From the human T2T-CHM13v2.0 reference genome, Homo sapiens, in the NCBI RefSeq assembly GCF_009914755.1, contig NC_060930.1: DNA of 64,000 bases; one strand, given 5' to 3'. Below, one piece after another: positions 33,620-45,887 of this stretch. The number at the start of each line of letters is the position of its first letter. Position 1 is the stretch's first letter. The notes under the pieces are model-generated. The model was not told the origin of the DNA. It did not search any database and saw nothing but the letters and a program-made list of their open reading frames with translations. Position numbers and translations under genes: made by a program.

Positions 33620-34900
33620 CCTATTCAATTTTTCTTTCAGTATATACATTTATTGAATACCTATAATTCTAGGCACCAGAGATACAGAAATAAACAAGAA
33701 ATACAAAGCTTCTGCTCTTGCATTCTATTGGGAAGATGAACAATCAACAGAGACATAATATGTCTGTAATTATGAAGGCTAAGAAGAAAAACAAATCAGG
33801 GTAAGAGGATGCAAAGGGATTTTAAGGGGAGGGGTTGGTCAAAGTCACCCTCTCTAAAAAGATTCTATTTGAACAGAGATTTTAATATAGTGAGGGGGTA
33901 GCTGACAGCACTCAGGCAGAAATAGCAAGGTAGGTACTGAAGCTAGAGAGTGACTGGCATGTTCAAGTAAGAGCAAGGAGGCCACAGGGCTGGTTCGGAT
34001 TGAGGGAGGCAGATAGTAATAAAGTATGAAGTTGCAGAGTTAGTAGAGACCTTATTGCAGAAAGATTTTTAGACTACCATAAGAACTTTGGATTTACCCT
34101 GTATGAGATAGGAAAAAGAAACAACAAGGTCTGACTTGTGCTATAAAAGGAAAACTCTGACATGTTGGGACTAGAATTTAGGAAGTCAAGCTAGAAGAAG
34201 TGTGAACATTTAAAAAGCTTTTGCAATAAACCCAGCGGGAAATGATGGTAGCATCAGCAGGAGTGGTAGCTGTTAAGTGGGAGAAGCAATGAGCTTTCTT
34301 GATATATTTCAAGGGTAGTTCTACAAGACTTGTTAATGGATTGGATGTGGGTTGTGATCAAGAAGAGTCAGGATGTCTCCAAGATTTTTGGAAGCCTAGA
34401 ATTCTATTTCCTGAGGTAGTGAACACTGGGAAAGTAGCAGGTATATTTGCGTTTAGGGCCAAAAAAAGTTTTCTTTTGTATACGTTAATTTTGAGATAGC
34501 TATCAGATATGAAAGTGGAGAGGTTAAATTGACATTTAAATATATGAGCTTAGAGTCAGAGTAATGCGGCCTGAAATACAATATTGACAGTCTTTTACAT
34601 GTAAATGGTGTTCAAAGAATGCAGCTAGATGAGATCACTTAGAGAGTAAATGCTTATAGAGAAATGAATGAGCCAGAGGACTGTCGTTAGGGCACCCCAA
34701 ATATCAAGGTAAGGGAGGTGAGGAGGGATTTCTTACGGTGCCAGGAGAAGCAATGAGTGAGGAAGGAAGAGTCCCAAGACAGAATGCCATAAGACTCAAG
34801 AGAAAAAGATGTTTCAGGAAGAGGAAAATTATGAGATGTATTAAATGCTGCTGAGAGATTTAGTAAAATGAGAACTAAGAATTGACAATAAGATCATTGG
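33620..34900 (-). mobile_element. L2 (L2a/b) fragment
   Basis: Antisense L2 tail (CATTTATTGAATACCTA..AGGCAC) and typical body motifs (GGATTGGATGTGGG, GATGAGATCAC, AATGCTGCTGAGAG). Confidence 0.75.
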
Positions 34901-34945
34901 TAACTCCTTTCCTGAAATGCCATTTCCCCACCTTTTCATCTAGCT

Positions 34946-35454
34946 CAGTGGTCCCCAATCTTTTTGGCACCAGGGACTAGTTTTGTAAAAGACAGTTTTT
35001 CCACAGACTGGGGTTGGGGCATGCTTTTGGGGTGATTCAAGCACATTACCTTTACTGTGCACTTTATTTCTATTGTTATTACATTGTAATATATAATGAA
35101 ATAATTATAAAACTCACCATAATGCAGAAAGAGTGGGAGCCACAAGCTTGTTTTCCTGCAACTAGATGGTTCCATTTGGGGTTAATGGGAGACATTAGAT
35201 TCTTATAAGGAGAGCGCAACCTAGTTCCCTCGCATGTGCAGTTTACAATAGGGTTCATGCTCCTATGAGAATCTAATGTCACCGCTGATCTAACAGGAGG
35301 CTGAGCTCAGGTGGTGAAGCAAGTGATGGCGAGTGGCTGTAAATACAGATGAAGCTCCACTCACTCACCTGCCACTCACCTCCTGCTGTATGGCCCAGTT
35401 CCTAACAGGCCATGGACCAGTACCGGTTTGTTTCCCAGGGGTTGGGGACCCCTG
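34946..35454 (+). mobile_element. MER1A hAT-Charlie DNA transposon
   Basis: TIRs CAGTGGTCCCCAA / TTGGGGACCCCTG; degenerate 8-bp TSD ATCTAGCT / TTTTAGCT. Confidence 0.9.
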
Positions 35455-36449
35455 TTTTAGCTGATTCCTCCAAACCTTTAAGTCCCTGTGGTACAAGAAT
35501 ATTTATCCAAAAACAGAACAAACAAAAACAAATAGTGAGAGAACAGGAGACAAAACACAGGGCAGGGAGGGCAGGAGAGAACAGGAGACAAAAACACATA
35601 TAACTGATTGTTACATGCAAAAATGTAAAAAAATTAAAACACTAAAAGAGGGGTGAGCTCTAGACAGAGGTCTAGGCTAAGTGACAGCACTGACAGATAT
35701 TATGTTGTGGAGGTGAGTCATCAGCTAAACATGCCTATTAACCAGTGATATGGGAGAAGACATCAATAATATTTTGAGAGCTTGTTATGATAGAACATGA
35801 ACTAACACATAGAAGACTATTAAAACAGAGCTTTGCTTTCTTTGCATCACAGCCTAATCTGATGACAAATTAGGGTCAATGTTCAGACATTTTGTCCTTG
35901 CTATCCAAAGAAAACAATGTGTTAGTATCATTGTATAAGGAGATTTTTTTTTCCCACAAATATTCTGGGAAATAAAAAAAATAAGTATCCTGAGAAATAG
36001 TCCTTGAAAGTACAATAGATACTCCTATTTGATTAGAAAATAAAACATTTGAGATACAGTGTTGCTTTCTTAAAATAATCTTTGATAAGAAAACTAGTAC
36101 AAATGAATAAAAAGGGAAGTGATTGGAGCCTCTCCAATAGAGGTCACACAGATGATACACTAGATAACTAAGTATATTAAGTAAAATATAGTTATCAATG
36201 GCTCCACAGTCTATCTAGATACTTAAAGGAATTATGTGATGGATTAAGCTAAGCCCTTTGACAATTGTTTTCTTAAGTCTTGTGGTATTAGGAGAAAACA
36301 TAATTGAGATTTAAAAATTCTCTTACTTCAATATAAAGCTAAAGGAAGGCAGATGCACAGATAAAAATTGGAGCGTGTATACACAGTGCAAGAGAAAAAC
36401 AGGGCTAATAGAAACAGGATACTGAATTTTAAAATTAGTCATCCATTTT

Positions 36450-36547
36450 TAATCCCAACTCCTTGGGAGGCTAAGGCAGGAGGATCCCTTGAACATAGGA
36501 GTTGTAGGTAAGCCTGGGCAACACAGCAAGATGCCATCTCAAGAAAA
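36450..36547 (+). mobile_element. Alu monomer fragment (FLAM/FAM-like)
   Basis: TAATCCCAAC..TTGGGAGGCTAAGGCAGGAGGATC..GCCTGGGCAACACAGCAAGA..CCATCTC followed by an A-rich tail. Confidence 0.75.
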
Positions 36548-36728
36548 GAGTAGTCACCTGTTTTTAATTTTATTACAATTTCATGAGATGCTATCATACT
36601 CATTAAGTGAAGAATGTTGACTGCTGTTCCAGGAAGATATTTATTTACTCTTATGAGTAACAATACAACAATCCTAGAGATGTTATAAGAGATGTAAGAG
36701 TTGATGCTACAAATTTTGGGGTCTAACC

Positions 36729-36886
36729 CAGTGCTTCTGAAACTTGAATATGCAAACATACCAAACAGGGAATCTTGATAAATTCAGATTCTGTTTCAGT
36801 AGGTCTGGAAAGGGATTTAGATTCTGCATTTCTAACCAACTCCCAAGTGAAGTCAATGCTGCTGACTGATGCATGCCACTTTGAGT
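36729..36886. mobile_element. MER5-family hAT MITE
   Basis: CAGTGCTTCTGAAACTT...CAGATTCTG.TTCAGTAGGTCTGG...TCTGCATTTCTAAC...CCACTTTGAG. Confidence 0.75.
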
Positions 36887-37722
36887 CAGAAGGTACAGAG
36901 GAATTGTGCCTGGGCTGACTCACAGACAAGTTGTACTTGGTTCTTTCTCACAGTGAATGGCTTTGGAGCTGACTTCACTTTATCTGCTAGTATCCTTTGA
37001 ATTTGCATTGTTTCTTATAGATGAAGATGGCCAATAATTTGGCCAATAACCGAGCATGTTTCCAGTAGATGTGATGGATTTGCTGTGGTCTGTTCCTGCT
37101 CATTATGCAGGCTTTTTTTTATGGCCAAGAGGAAACACTTTGAGTGTTGGGGAACATCCTGTGGCCATAAGATAAAATAAAATCAGTGGTCCTGTGTAAA
37201 ATTTGTGATCATGGCCTCATTAGCACTGTGCTTAAATCTATTCTTTATTGAGTTTTGTCAATCAGTCCAATTTTATTGTCTAATGAGGCCAAAGGTCAGA
37301 CCAATGATCTTTATCTTGTTTCATGACTGCAGATAGCATGCCAAAACAGAGCTGTCTACTTCAGAAGTATGGTCTATGGTTGTCTGAAGAGGAAGTGTAT
37401 TTAATGAATAGAAAAACAAATACTGATACTGATAAAACTACCCCCACACACACACCTCAAAAGCCATTAACAAATTACTCTGATTGGATTAAACAACTAA
37501 TCTTCAATATTATGTATTTACTTTAGTGAATTTTTGCTTCTGAAGGCAATTTTTTTCTGAACTCATCATCAAATTCTGGGATGCCGTACTTTTTCTTCTA
37601 TGGACCAGCCACACCATTTAAATTAAAAAGCGCATAAGTTGACTCTGACAAAAAGAATGTGATGGTAGTGACATTTAACACATCAATCCCCTTACAAAAA
37701 CCAGTCAAATCAACTAGATTAG

Positions 37723-38106
37723 TGTTTTAGTCCATTCTCACACTACTATAAAAAAACTACCTAAGACTGGGTAATTTATGAAGAAAAGAGGTTTAATTGA
37801 CTCACAGTTCCACAGGCTGTACAGGAAGCATGGCTGGGAAGCCTTAGGAAACTTACAGTCATGGCAGAAGGTGGAGGGGAAGCAGACACGTCTTCATACA
37901 GCCAGAGCAGGAGGAAGAGAGCTGTGGGGAAAGTGCTACACACTTTTAAATGATCAGATCTCATGAAAACTCAATCACTATCATGAGAACAGCAAGGGGG
38001 AAGTTCACCCCCATATCCAATCACCTCCAAACAGGCCCCTCTTCCAACATTGAGGATAACAATTCGATCTGAGATTTGGGTGGGGTTACAGAGCCAAACC
38101 ATATCA
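37723..38106 (-). mobile_element. MSTA-type MaLR solo LTR
   Basis: TG.TTTAGTCCATTCTCAC...GACTGGGTAATTTATGAAGAAAAGAGG...GCCAAACCATATCA. Confidence 0.88.
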
Positions 38107-38699
38107 GTTAATAAAAACAAAGCTCATGCATGATGTGTTCAACAAAGCTTGATGACCAGAATTGCCACATACGTAAGAATACAGAAGGATGTAGCAAACA
38201 CTCAACACAGGAGGCTAGGAAAATAAAAAAGAACCAGAGAAACATAAAATTATTCACAGACTCTAAACTGCAGATGAGAGGGCAAAGCTATAAGAATCAC
38301 ATGGAGTGGGAAGCAGCCTAAGCCTTAAAAATCTCAAAGCATTCAATAAAATCTTGGTTTTAGAAGGATAGAGAAGAAACTGAAGAAAAGACTATTAAGA
38401 ACAGAATCTAAATTGAGCAAACTGCTGGGGAAGGGACTAGCAGAGAAAGACCTCTGAATATACCATAACCACAAAATATAATTTTTGAAGATAAGAGCAC
38501 CACTGCAGAAGGCCACAAAGCTCTGAATGTTTCAGAGGTAGAGGCAGGACAACTTTCTGAATCAAGCTTAGCCTCAAAAACCAAAAAGAAACTATATTTC
38601 TGAATAGATCATGGTAACAACAGAGGAAGGAGCTCTTGAGCCATGAATTTGTAAAAGCAACTTTGGCTTTTCTCTGCTCTTCATGTAGAAACATTCTCT

Positions 38700-41065
38700 G
38701 AATAGTTAAAAGAAACTCAACTTTATTTAAACACAGAAAAAAAATTTATAATCCAATTCCACATAAATAAGTTGTAAGACAATATATAAATAAACCAAAT
38801 AGTGTCCCAACAAATAATGAAAACACACCCAATAACCATAGTGATGAAGAAGACAAAACCAATACTTTCAGATTTTTAGATAGTCTAGAAAAATTTTTAA
38901 ATGGTCAAAGCTTTGTGAGAAAAGCATAAATCAGTAATAGAACAGCTCTGAAGAGAGGTAACTAAACAATAATAGAATCTGTAAAGAGAATGGAAAGGAA
39001 TTAGTAATGAACTAGATAAATGTAAAAGAAAGACATTTTAGAAATGAACTTTAAAATAGAAGAAACACAAGAAAAAATAGTTGCACACAAGAAAAAGTGT
39101 AGTACAGGAATTAAGGTACAGAATAGAGGAATGCACATTTAATAAACAACAATGAGAACAATAACAACAACAAAATAAGGTAAAAATGTTTCAAGAGAAA
39201 GTTATAAATATAGAAGATAGAGCAATACATTGGTAATTTCAATAAATACAAATTGATTAACTCACTTCTTAAAAAGAGAATGTTAGTTTGGCTAACAAAG
39301 CAATATTCAATTTTATTGCTGTAGCAAGAAACATAAATAAAAGATTATTAAATTTTAAAAACAAAAGGGATGGCTAGAGGTATACATCAAAATGAATAAT
39401 GGCTGCAAGCTATTTTAAATATGTTGAATATATTTTAAAGTCACAAATAATGATAATAAAAAAAACAGAGATAAAAGACATTGTAACTCATGGAAAGTTG
39501 CCAGAGCACCCACTTATTATCCTGAAAATAGATCATTAACAAAAAGAAATAGCATTTATCCTACCCTTACAATGTAACCTGTATTTCAGGATAATTAAAT
39601 ACACTTAGTAGATACATTTTTCAATGCCTAAGCTCTCCAGCTAACTGCCACAAAAGGAATAATGAAATTATAAAAAATAACAATTTTGTGATTACTAGTA
39701 TGGTTTGGCTCAGTGTCCCCACCCAAATGTCAATTGTAATCCCCACGTTCAAGGGAGGGACCTGGTGGGAGGTGATTGGAAACTGGGGGCAGTTTCCCCC
39801 ATGCTGTTCTCATGACAGTGAGTGAATTATCACAAGAGCTGATGGTTTTAAGAGTGTTCGGCAGTTCCCCCTTTGCTCTCTCTCTCCTGCTGCCCTGTGA
39901 AGAGGATGCCTACTTTCCCTTCACCTTCTGCCATGATTGTAAGTTTCCTGAGGCCTCCCCAGCCATGTAGAACTGTGAGTCAGTTAAACCTGTTCTGTTT
40001 ATAAATTACACAGTTTCAGGTAGTATCTTCATAGCAGTGTGAAAACAAGCTAATATAATTACTAATAAAATAAATGATTCAGACTATGATCATTAATAGA
40101 TAATAAGGCTACTAGTGAAAGTTGATGGGGAACTTTTCAGTGAAGAGATCATGTTGTCACCATGGATCAACTTTGTTATCACTAAGAGTGAGGTTCTTAG
40201 ACATCATGTGCTTTTTACATAATGATGCAACAGGAAAAACACAGAATGACCCTTGAAGTATTCTTCTCTTTCTCTTGCACGCACACCCGTGTACACACAA
40301 AGAACTTGAATCTGATCAAATCTTCAGATCTAATTTGCAGTCTATTGAAAATATAGGGGACAGAGGCACAAGTTAAATGATATCGACAGGAAACAATCAG
40401 TCAAATCCAGAATGAAGATATTTTGTAGGAAAAACTGAACTGCTTCTCCAATGGCATTAAGAAAAGGTGAGAGTAGATCACAAGTAATTTTAAAAAGACA
40501 AATGTAGGTGAGCATATTTACCAGTTGGCTGGGACAGTCATGGTTTACTCTTGTTACCACAATGTAATTGTTATTTATTCTCCCTTTTAGCTCAGAGGCA
40601 TTTAGGGTAGGGCTACAGATTATATGACCACTATACTTAAAAGACATAGAACCAAATATATTGAGAAGACTTTATTTGGATCTGATCCTCACAAGCCAAA
40701 ACAACAAACAAACTAAAATCCATGATGTTTCAGTTTATACTCACACACACATTTTTTAACAATTGAGAGAATTTGAATATGAATTTGCATTTACGTCATG
40801 TTATGCAATTTCTGTTAGAGAATTCTGTGTGACAACAGAATTGCAGTAATATAAGAATGTATTTTTTACTCTAAAGCTTATCTCAGTATCTTGGTAGCTG
40901 GGATTTGCAATAAAATATTTAAGCAAAAAAGGAGAGAGTGCATCCAGTATGGAAACAAATATGACAAACATTAATAGTTATGGAAACTGAGAGATGGGTA
41001 CATAATATTCATTTTCTCTCTGATTTGGTGTATGTTTGCAAATTTACAAAATGGAAAGTTAAAAT
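38700..41065 (+). mobile_element. Ancient L1M (L1MC/ME-like) fragments
   Basis: A-rich degenerate L1 coding and 3'-end-like sequence; boundaries approximate. Confidence 0.45.
39696..40057 (+). mobile_element. MSTA/THE1D-type MaLR solo LTR
   Basis: ATGGTTTGGCTC.GTGTCCCCACCCAAAT...CCATGATTGTAAGTTTCCTGAGGCC...; perfect TSD ATTAC (39691-39695 and 40058-40062). Confidence 0.9.
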
Positions 41066-41926
41066 AATTGATTTTATAAAAGAAGAATTGTAGTAACTGA
41101 TCAAACTTGAGATCAGCTTATTATGGACATAAATTGTCAATGCTTATGCATCTAATAACAGAGCTTCAAAAGAGAAGAAAGAACAGACAGAATTGCAAAG
41201 GGTAATTTAAAAACACAATATTAGTCAGTGATTTCCAAACCAAACCCTCTAAAAATTGATAGAACCTGTAGTCATAAATTAGTAAGGATATAGAAGATTT
41301 GAACTACACTATTAACCTGCTTAACATTTATAAAATACTCAAACCAATAAAAGCAGAATAAACATTCTTTTCAAGTGCACATAGAACACTTGCCAAGATA
41401 GACCATATTTTGCACCATTTAACAAGTGTCAATACATTTAAATAATTTAAGTCATACATAATAAATTTTCGAAGCAACTAAATTAGAAATACATAACAGG
41501 AAGTTCTCTAGGAAATTACCCCAAATATTTGGAAATGACATAATGCATTCTACATAATCCATGGGTCAAAGAAATCAAAGAAAATTTAGAAAGTGTTTTG
41601 GACTATTCAGTTCAAATGAAAATACTGCCTATCAAAATTTGTGCCATGTTGCCAAAAAAGTATTTGGGGAACATTTATAGTACTAAATACTTGTACTGGA
41701 AAGGAAGAAAAGCTTCAAGACAAAGACCTCAGCTTCTACCTAAAAAAATTGGAAAATAAGAAAGAAATATGCAGAAATATCTCTGAAATGTGAAGAAGGG
41801 AAATGATAAAGATTAGAGTCTGGAAATTAATGAAATAGAAAAGAGAAAAACATAGACAATAAATGGAACCAATAGCTGGTTATTTGATAATATTAAGAAA
41901 GGATAAACTTTTAGCCAGACTTATTA

Positions 41927-42030
41927 TTATTATTATTATTATACTTTAAGTTTTAGGGTACATGTGCACAATATGCAGGTTAGTTACATATGTATACATG
42001 TGCCATGCTGGTGTGCTGCACCCATTAACT
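41927..42030 (-). mobile_element. Very short L1PA3-like 3' tip
   Basis: (TTA)n tail followed by ATACTTTAAGTTTTAGGGTACATGTGCAC...CCCATTAACT; TSD AGACTTATTA at 41917-41926 and 42031-42040. Confidence 0.93.
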
Positions 42031-42770
42031 AGACTTATTAAGAAAAAAAGAAGTTACAAATTGCCAATTGCAGGAATGAGAGAAATTATATTACCACAGA
42101 TTCTATATATTTAGGAAGAAATACCTAATATGAATAACCCTATATCTATTTTAAAATGTTCATTTTTACTAAATACCTTCATTAAAGGTATAACAAAAAG
42201 GTATTATGGAAAACTTTATGATAATAAATGCAAAAATTCAGATGAAAGGGGCAAATTCTTTGAAGAGAAAAAAAACCCACCAAAGCTCATTTAAGAAGAA
42301 ATACCTATTATGAATAACCCTGTATCTATTTTTAAATGTTCATTTTTACTAAAAACCTTCCTACAGAGAAAATGCAAGGTTCAGATGCCTTCCCTAGTGG
42401 ATTCTACCAAACATTTAGGGAAGAAATAATATCAAATCCATATACACTATTTTACATATTTTAAAAGAGGGAATACTTCAGACTCATTCTATGGAGCCAG
42501 CATTACCTTGGTTCCAAAATCAAACACTACATAAGACAATTACTGACCAATATCCCTTATAAACATAGGGTAAACATGCTGAACAAATTTTTTTCAAATT
42601 GAATTCAATAGTACAGGACCGAATGGACTTTATTCCAGGAATAAAAATGTTGGTTGATTTGAAAATCAATCAGTGCAATTCATCACATTAACAAAGTTAG
42701 GAAAAATAAATGATAGATTCAATATCTATTCCTGTTAAAAACTCTCAGCAAGGTAGGTATATAGAAGGAA

Positions 42771-43180
42771 TATTATTTTCCTATGGCTGCTATAACAAAT
42801 CACCACAAATTGGGTGGCAGAGAACAATAGAAATTTATTATTTCACAAGTCTGAAGGTCAAAAATACAAAATCAAGGTGTCAGCAGATCCACACTCCCCA
42901 GAGGTTCTTAGGAAAATTCTTCTCTGCCTCTTCCACATTTGGGTGACCCTTGGCATTCCTTGGCTTTTTTGGCTTGTGGTCAAATCACTCGAATATCTGC
43001 CTCCATCTTCACAGCACCTTCTCCTCTGTGTGTCTGCATCTTCTCCTTTTCTGTCTCATATAGACACTTGTCATTGAATTTAGGGCCCACCTGGGTAATC
43101 CATAATGCTGTCGTTTCAAGATATTTAACCTAATTACATCATAATTACTTTTTTTTCAAATAAGTTAACGCCCACAACAA
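42771..43180 (-). mobile_element. MLT1B/C MaLR LTR
   Basis: TTTCCTATGGCTGCTATAACAAATCACCACAAA...AAATCAAGGTGTCAGCAG...GAATTTAGGGCCCACC; AGGAA on both flanks. Confidence 0.8.
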
Positions 43181-45600
43181 AAGGAAGTTCCACATCCTTA
43201 CAAAGGGCATCTACAGAAAAGCTACAGCTAGTATCATACTTACGTGAAAGACTGAATGCTTTTCCCCTAAGAACTAGAACAAAACAAGGATATCCACTCC
43301 CACCACTTCTATTCAACATTGTACTGAAGGTTCTGGCCAGTGTAGTAAGGCAAGAAAAAGAAACAAAAAGCATCCAGTTTGGAAAACAAATAAGTAAAGC
43401 CATTTTTAGTCAAAGATTAAATGGTCATTTATATAAAAAATGATGGAATCTACCAGAAAACTATTAGAACTAATGAAGGAGTTTACATTGGTTATAGTAT
43501 ATAAAATCAATATACAAAAAACAACTGTTTTTCTATCTACTAGCAACAAACAATTAGAAAATGAAATTGTACAAAATAATCTCACTACAGTTGCATTCGT
43601 GACCGGAATTATTATTAGTTGTTGTTGTAATAGTACTCTAAATGACACTTTTGAAACAGCAGCAAAATAGAAAAAGTGTCAGTCAACTGTGTAATAGTAT
43701 TATATCAATATTGATTTTCTGATTTTGCTAACTGGACTGTGGTTATGTAAAAGACTGATCTTTGTTTTAGGAAATATTTGTTGAAATATTTAGGTGTTAA
43801 GGGCCATCTCAAATCATTAGGAAAATGCATAAAATGTACATATTTGAGAGAAAGAAAGAGAAATAACAAAGTAAATTATAATAAGGAGACAATTATGGAA
43901 TTTGGATGAAAGGTATACAAGATCTCTTCACAATATTCTTAATCTTTTCTGTAAGTAGGCCTGACATTACTTCAAAGAAAAATATTATAAAACAGAATGT
44001 GAGGAAAGGAATTGAAAATGATGCATCTAAGTCACTCTTGAGGAATTTTCCTGCAAATGGAGCCATAGTTGATAGGACAGATAGGGTCAGGAGGTATGAA
44101 ACTTCACTATAATGCCTGGCACAGAGAGATGCTCAAGCTATGAGAGACATTAGGGCAGGAAGATAAAACTCAAAGAAAGCCTTATCCTGATCACTCTGTG
44201 GCCAGAAGATGGGTCAGCAATGCTATTCTTTTTCTTTTTTGATTCTCTCTTCTCTCTGATTCAAACAGTTGGGTTTGTGTAAGTTAAGTGCCTCCATTAT
44301 ACACTTAACATTTTATTTATCAATTCTCATACTCAAGATCAGAATTTGCAATGTACAGCTATATGACTTAAAATGCCAAACATCACAAAGTGTAATAGGA
44401 TAACTTTTGTTTTTTACAACGTCTTCATAGATCTCTAAACTGGAATGAGGCAATTACCATCAAGCTTTATCATAATAGCATCTATAGAAACAGAAAGAGG
44501 GGAGAGACACAATTGCTTTTTCAGAACTAACTAAATCATTTATGAGGATGTTTCCCCACCTACTGTACTATCCTCCAAGAAGAGTAGAATAAATGAATGT
44601 GGAATAATAGTTCTTTTGTAAAGGATCCCGATACTTCATCAGGCTGCAAGATGCTGCTTTAATGCTCTCAGACCATTCTGGGGAACATGGCACATGAGGT
44701 CTTGCCTCTTGTATTCTTTCCCACTGCTGTGCAAGGAGGTTAATCAGACAGGCTAGGGAAAGGGTGGTAGGAATCCTTGCTCTGTGAAGGCTGCAGTCAA
44801 TATTCCAAGTTAAGTTATATATTGGAGAGAAAAGTACTCATTATATGGCAGTTTTCTTAGACTTATGTCAGATTATTGCCCTTCAGTTATCAACATACAT
44901 TAATCTTTGGCACCTTACAATATTATTACTAGGTGGCATATATTTCAAGTGTCTCCTCTCTTCTTAATAAGATTCTGAAGAAACTATGGTTCTTTCAACA
45001 ACACATAAACAAACTTTTCCTTTCTTGTTTTGTTTTGTCTTTTTCCTGCAGTGGATGAGTCTCTTTTATTAGTTTTTTTTTCCTATTTCAACATTAGAAT
45101 ATGAATGAAGTCTAGGAATACTTTACTATATTTCAGTATCCATAGGGCCCAAAATTTAGACTTCTGTAAATGATATTTAAAGTATCATTAACACGGTATA
45201 ATGAAAAGAACACTTTGTTGTCAGGAGTGTGTGTTTAGGTGGGTGAGAGGGTAGCAGGGGAAGAGAGGGTGGGGAAGAGAAATAATCCCAACATGGCCAC
45301 TCATTGATGCTTGGGGATCAAAGCAAAGATAGAAATCAATCATAGAGTTAAAATCAGGATTTACTAAGGTAATAGATGTGAAAATGATTTTAGACATTAA
45401 AAAATGTTATGTAAATATTTGATATCTTTATTGCAAAAAAGGAAAAAAACATCTAGCCATAAGCAGTTTTGAGATAGTGATAATACATTTTAAGGTGTAT
45501 TTTTGATCTTTGCAAGCTGTTTATTTCATAAAATTGAACTAAGCTGCCTATTTGGTTAATGTTTATTGATAAATTCAGATCTACTAAAAGGCATGCAGAA

Positions 45601-45887
45601 GCCAGGCATGGTGGCTCATGCCTATAATCCCAGCACTTTGGGAGGTGAAGGTAGGTGCATAGCTTGAGCCCAGGAGTTGAAGACCAGCCTAGGCAACATG
45701 GTGAAACCCCATCTCTACAAAATATACAAAACTTAGCCAGGCATGATAGTGTGTGCCTGTGGTTCCAGCTACTCAAGAGGCTGAAGTGAGAAGACCTCTT
45801 GAGCCTGGGAGGCAGAAGTTGCAGTAAGCCAAGTTCTGGCCACTGCACTCAAGCCTGGGAGACAGAGCGATGAGACTCTCATCTCAA
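45601..45887 (+). mobile_element. AluJ, followed by a short (TG)n tract
   Basis: Dimeric Alu with J diagnostics (GCTTGAGCCCAGGAG, GGCAACATGG). Confidence 0.9.

Larger units (their letters stand above)
41130..43985 (+). mobile_element. Old L1M (L1MC/MD-like) ORF2 and 3' remnant with nested insertions
   Basis: Degenerate ORF2 (ORF 43440-43670 resembles the RT thumb, KLLEL..EF...YKINIQK). Confidence 0.75.

Noticed and set aside
45453-45848. 131-aa ORF, and similar ORFs at 51974-52201 and 61251-61679
   Set aside because: Typical antisense Alu translations.
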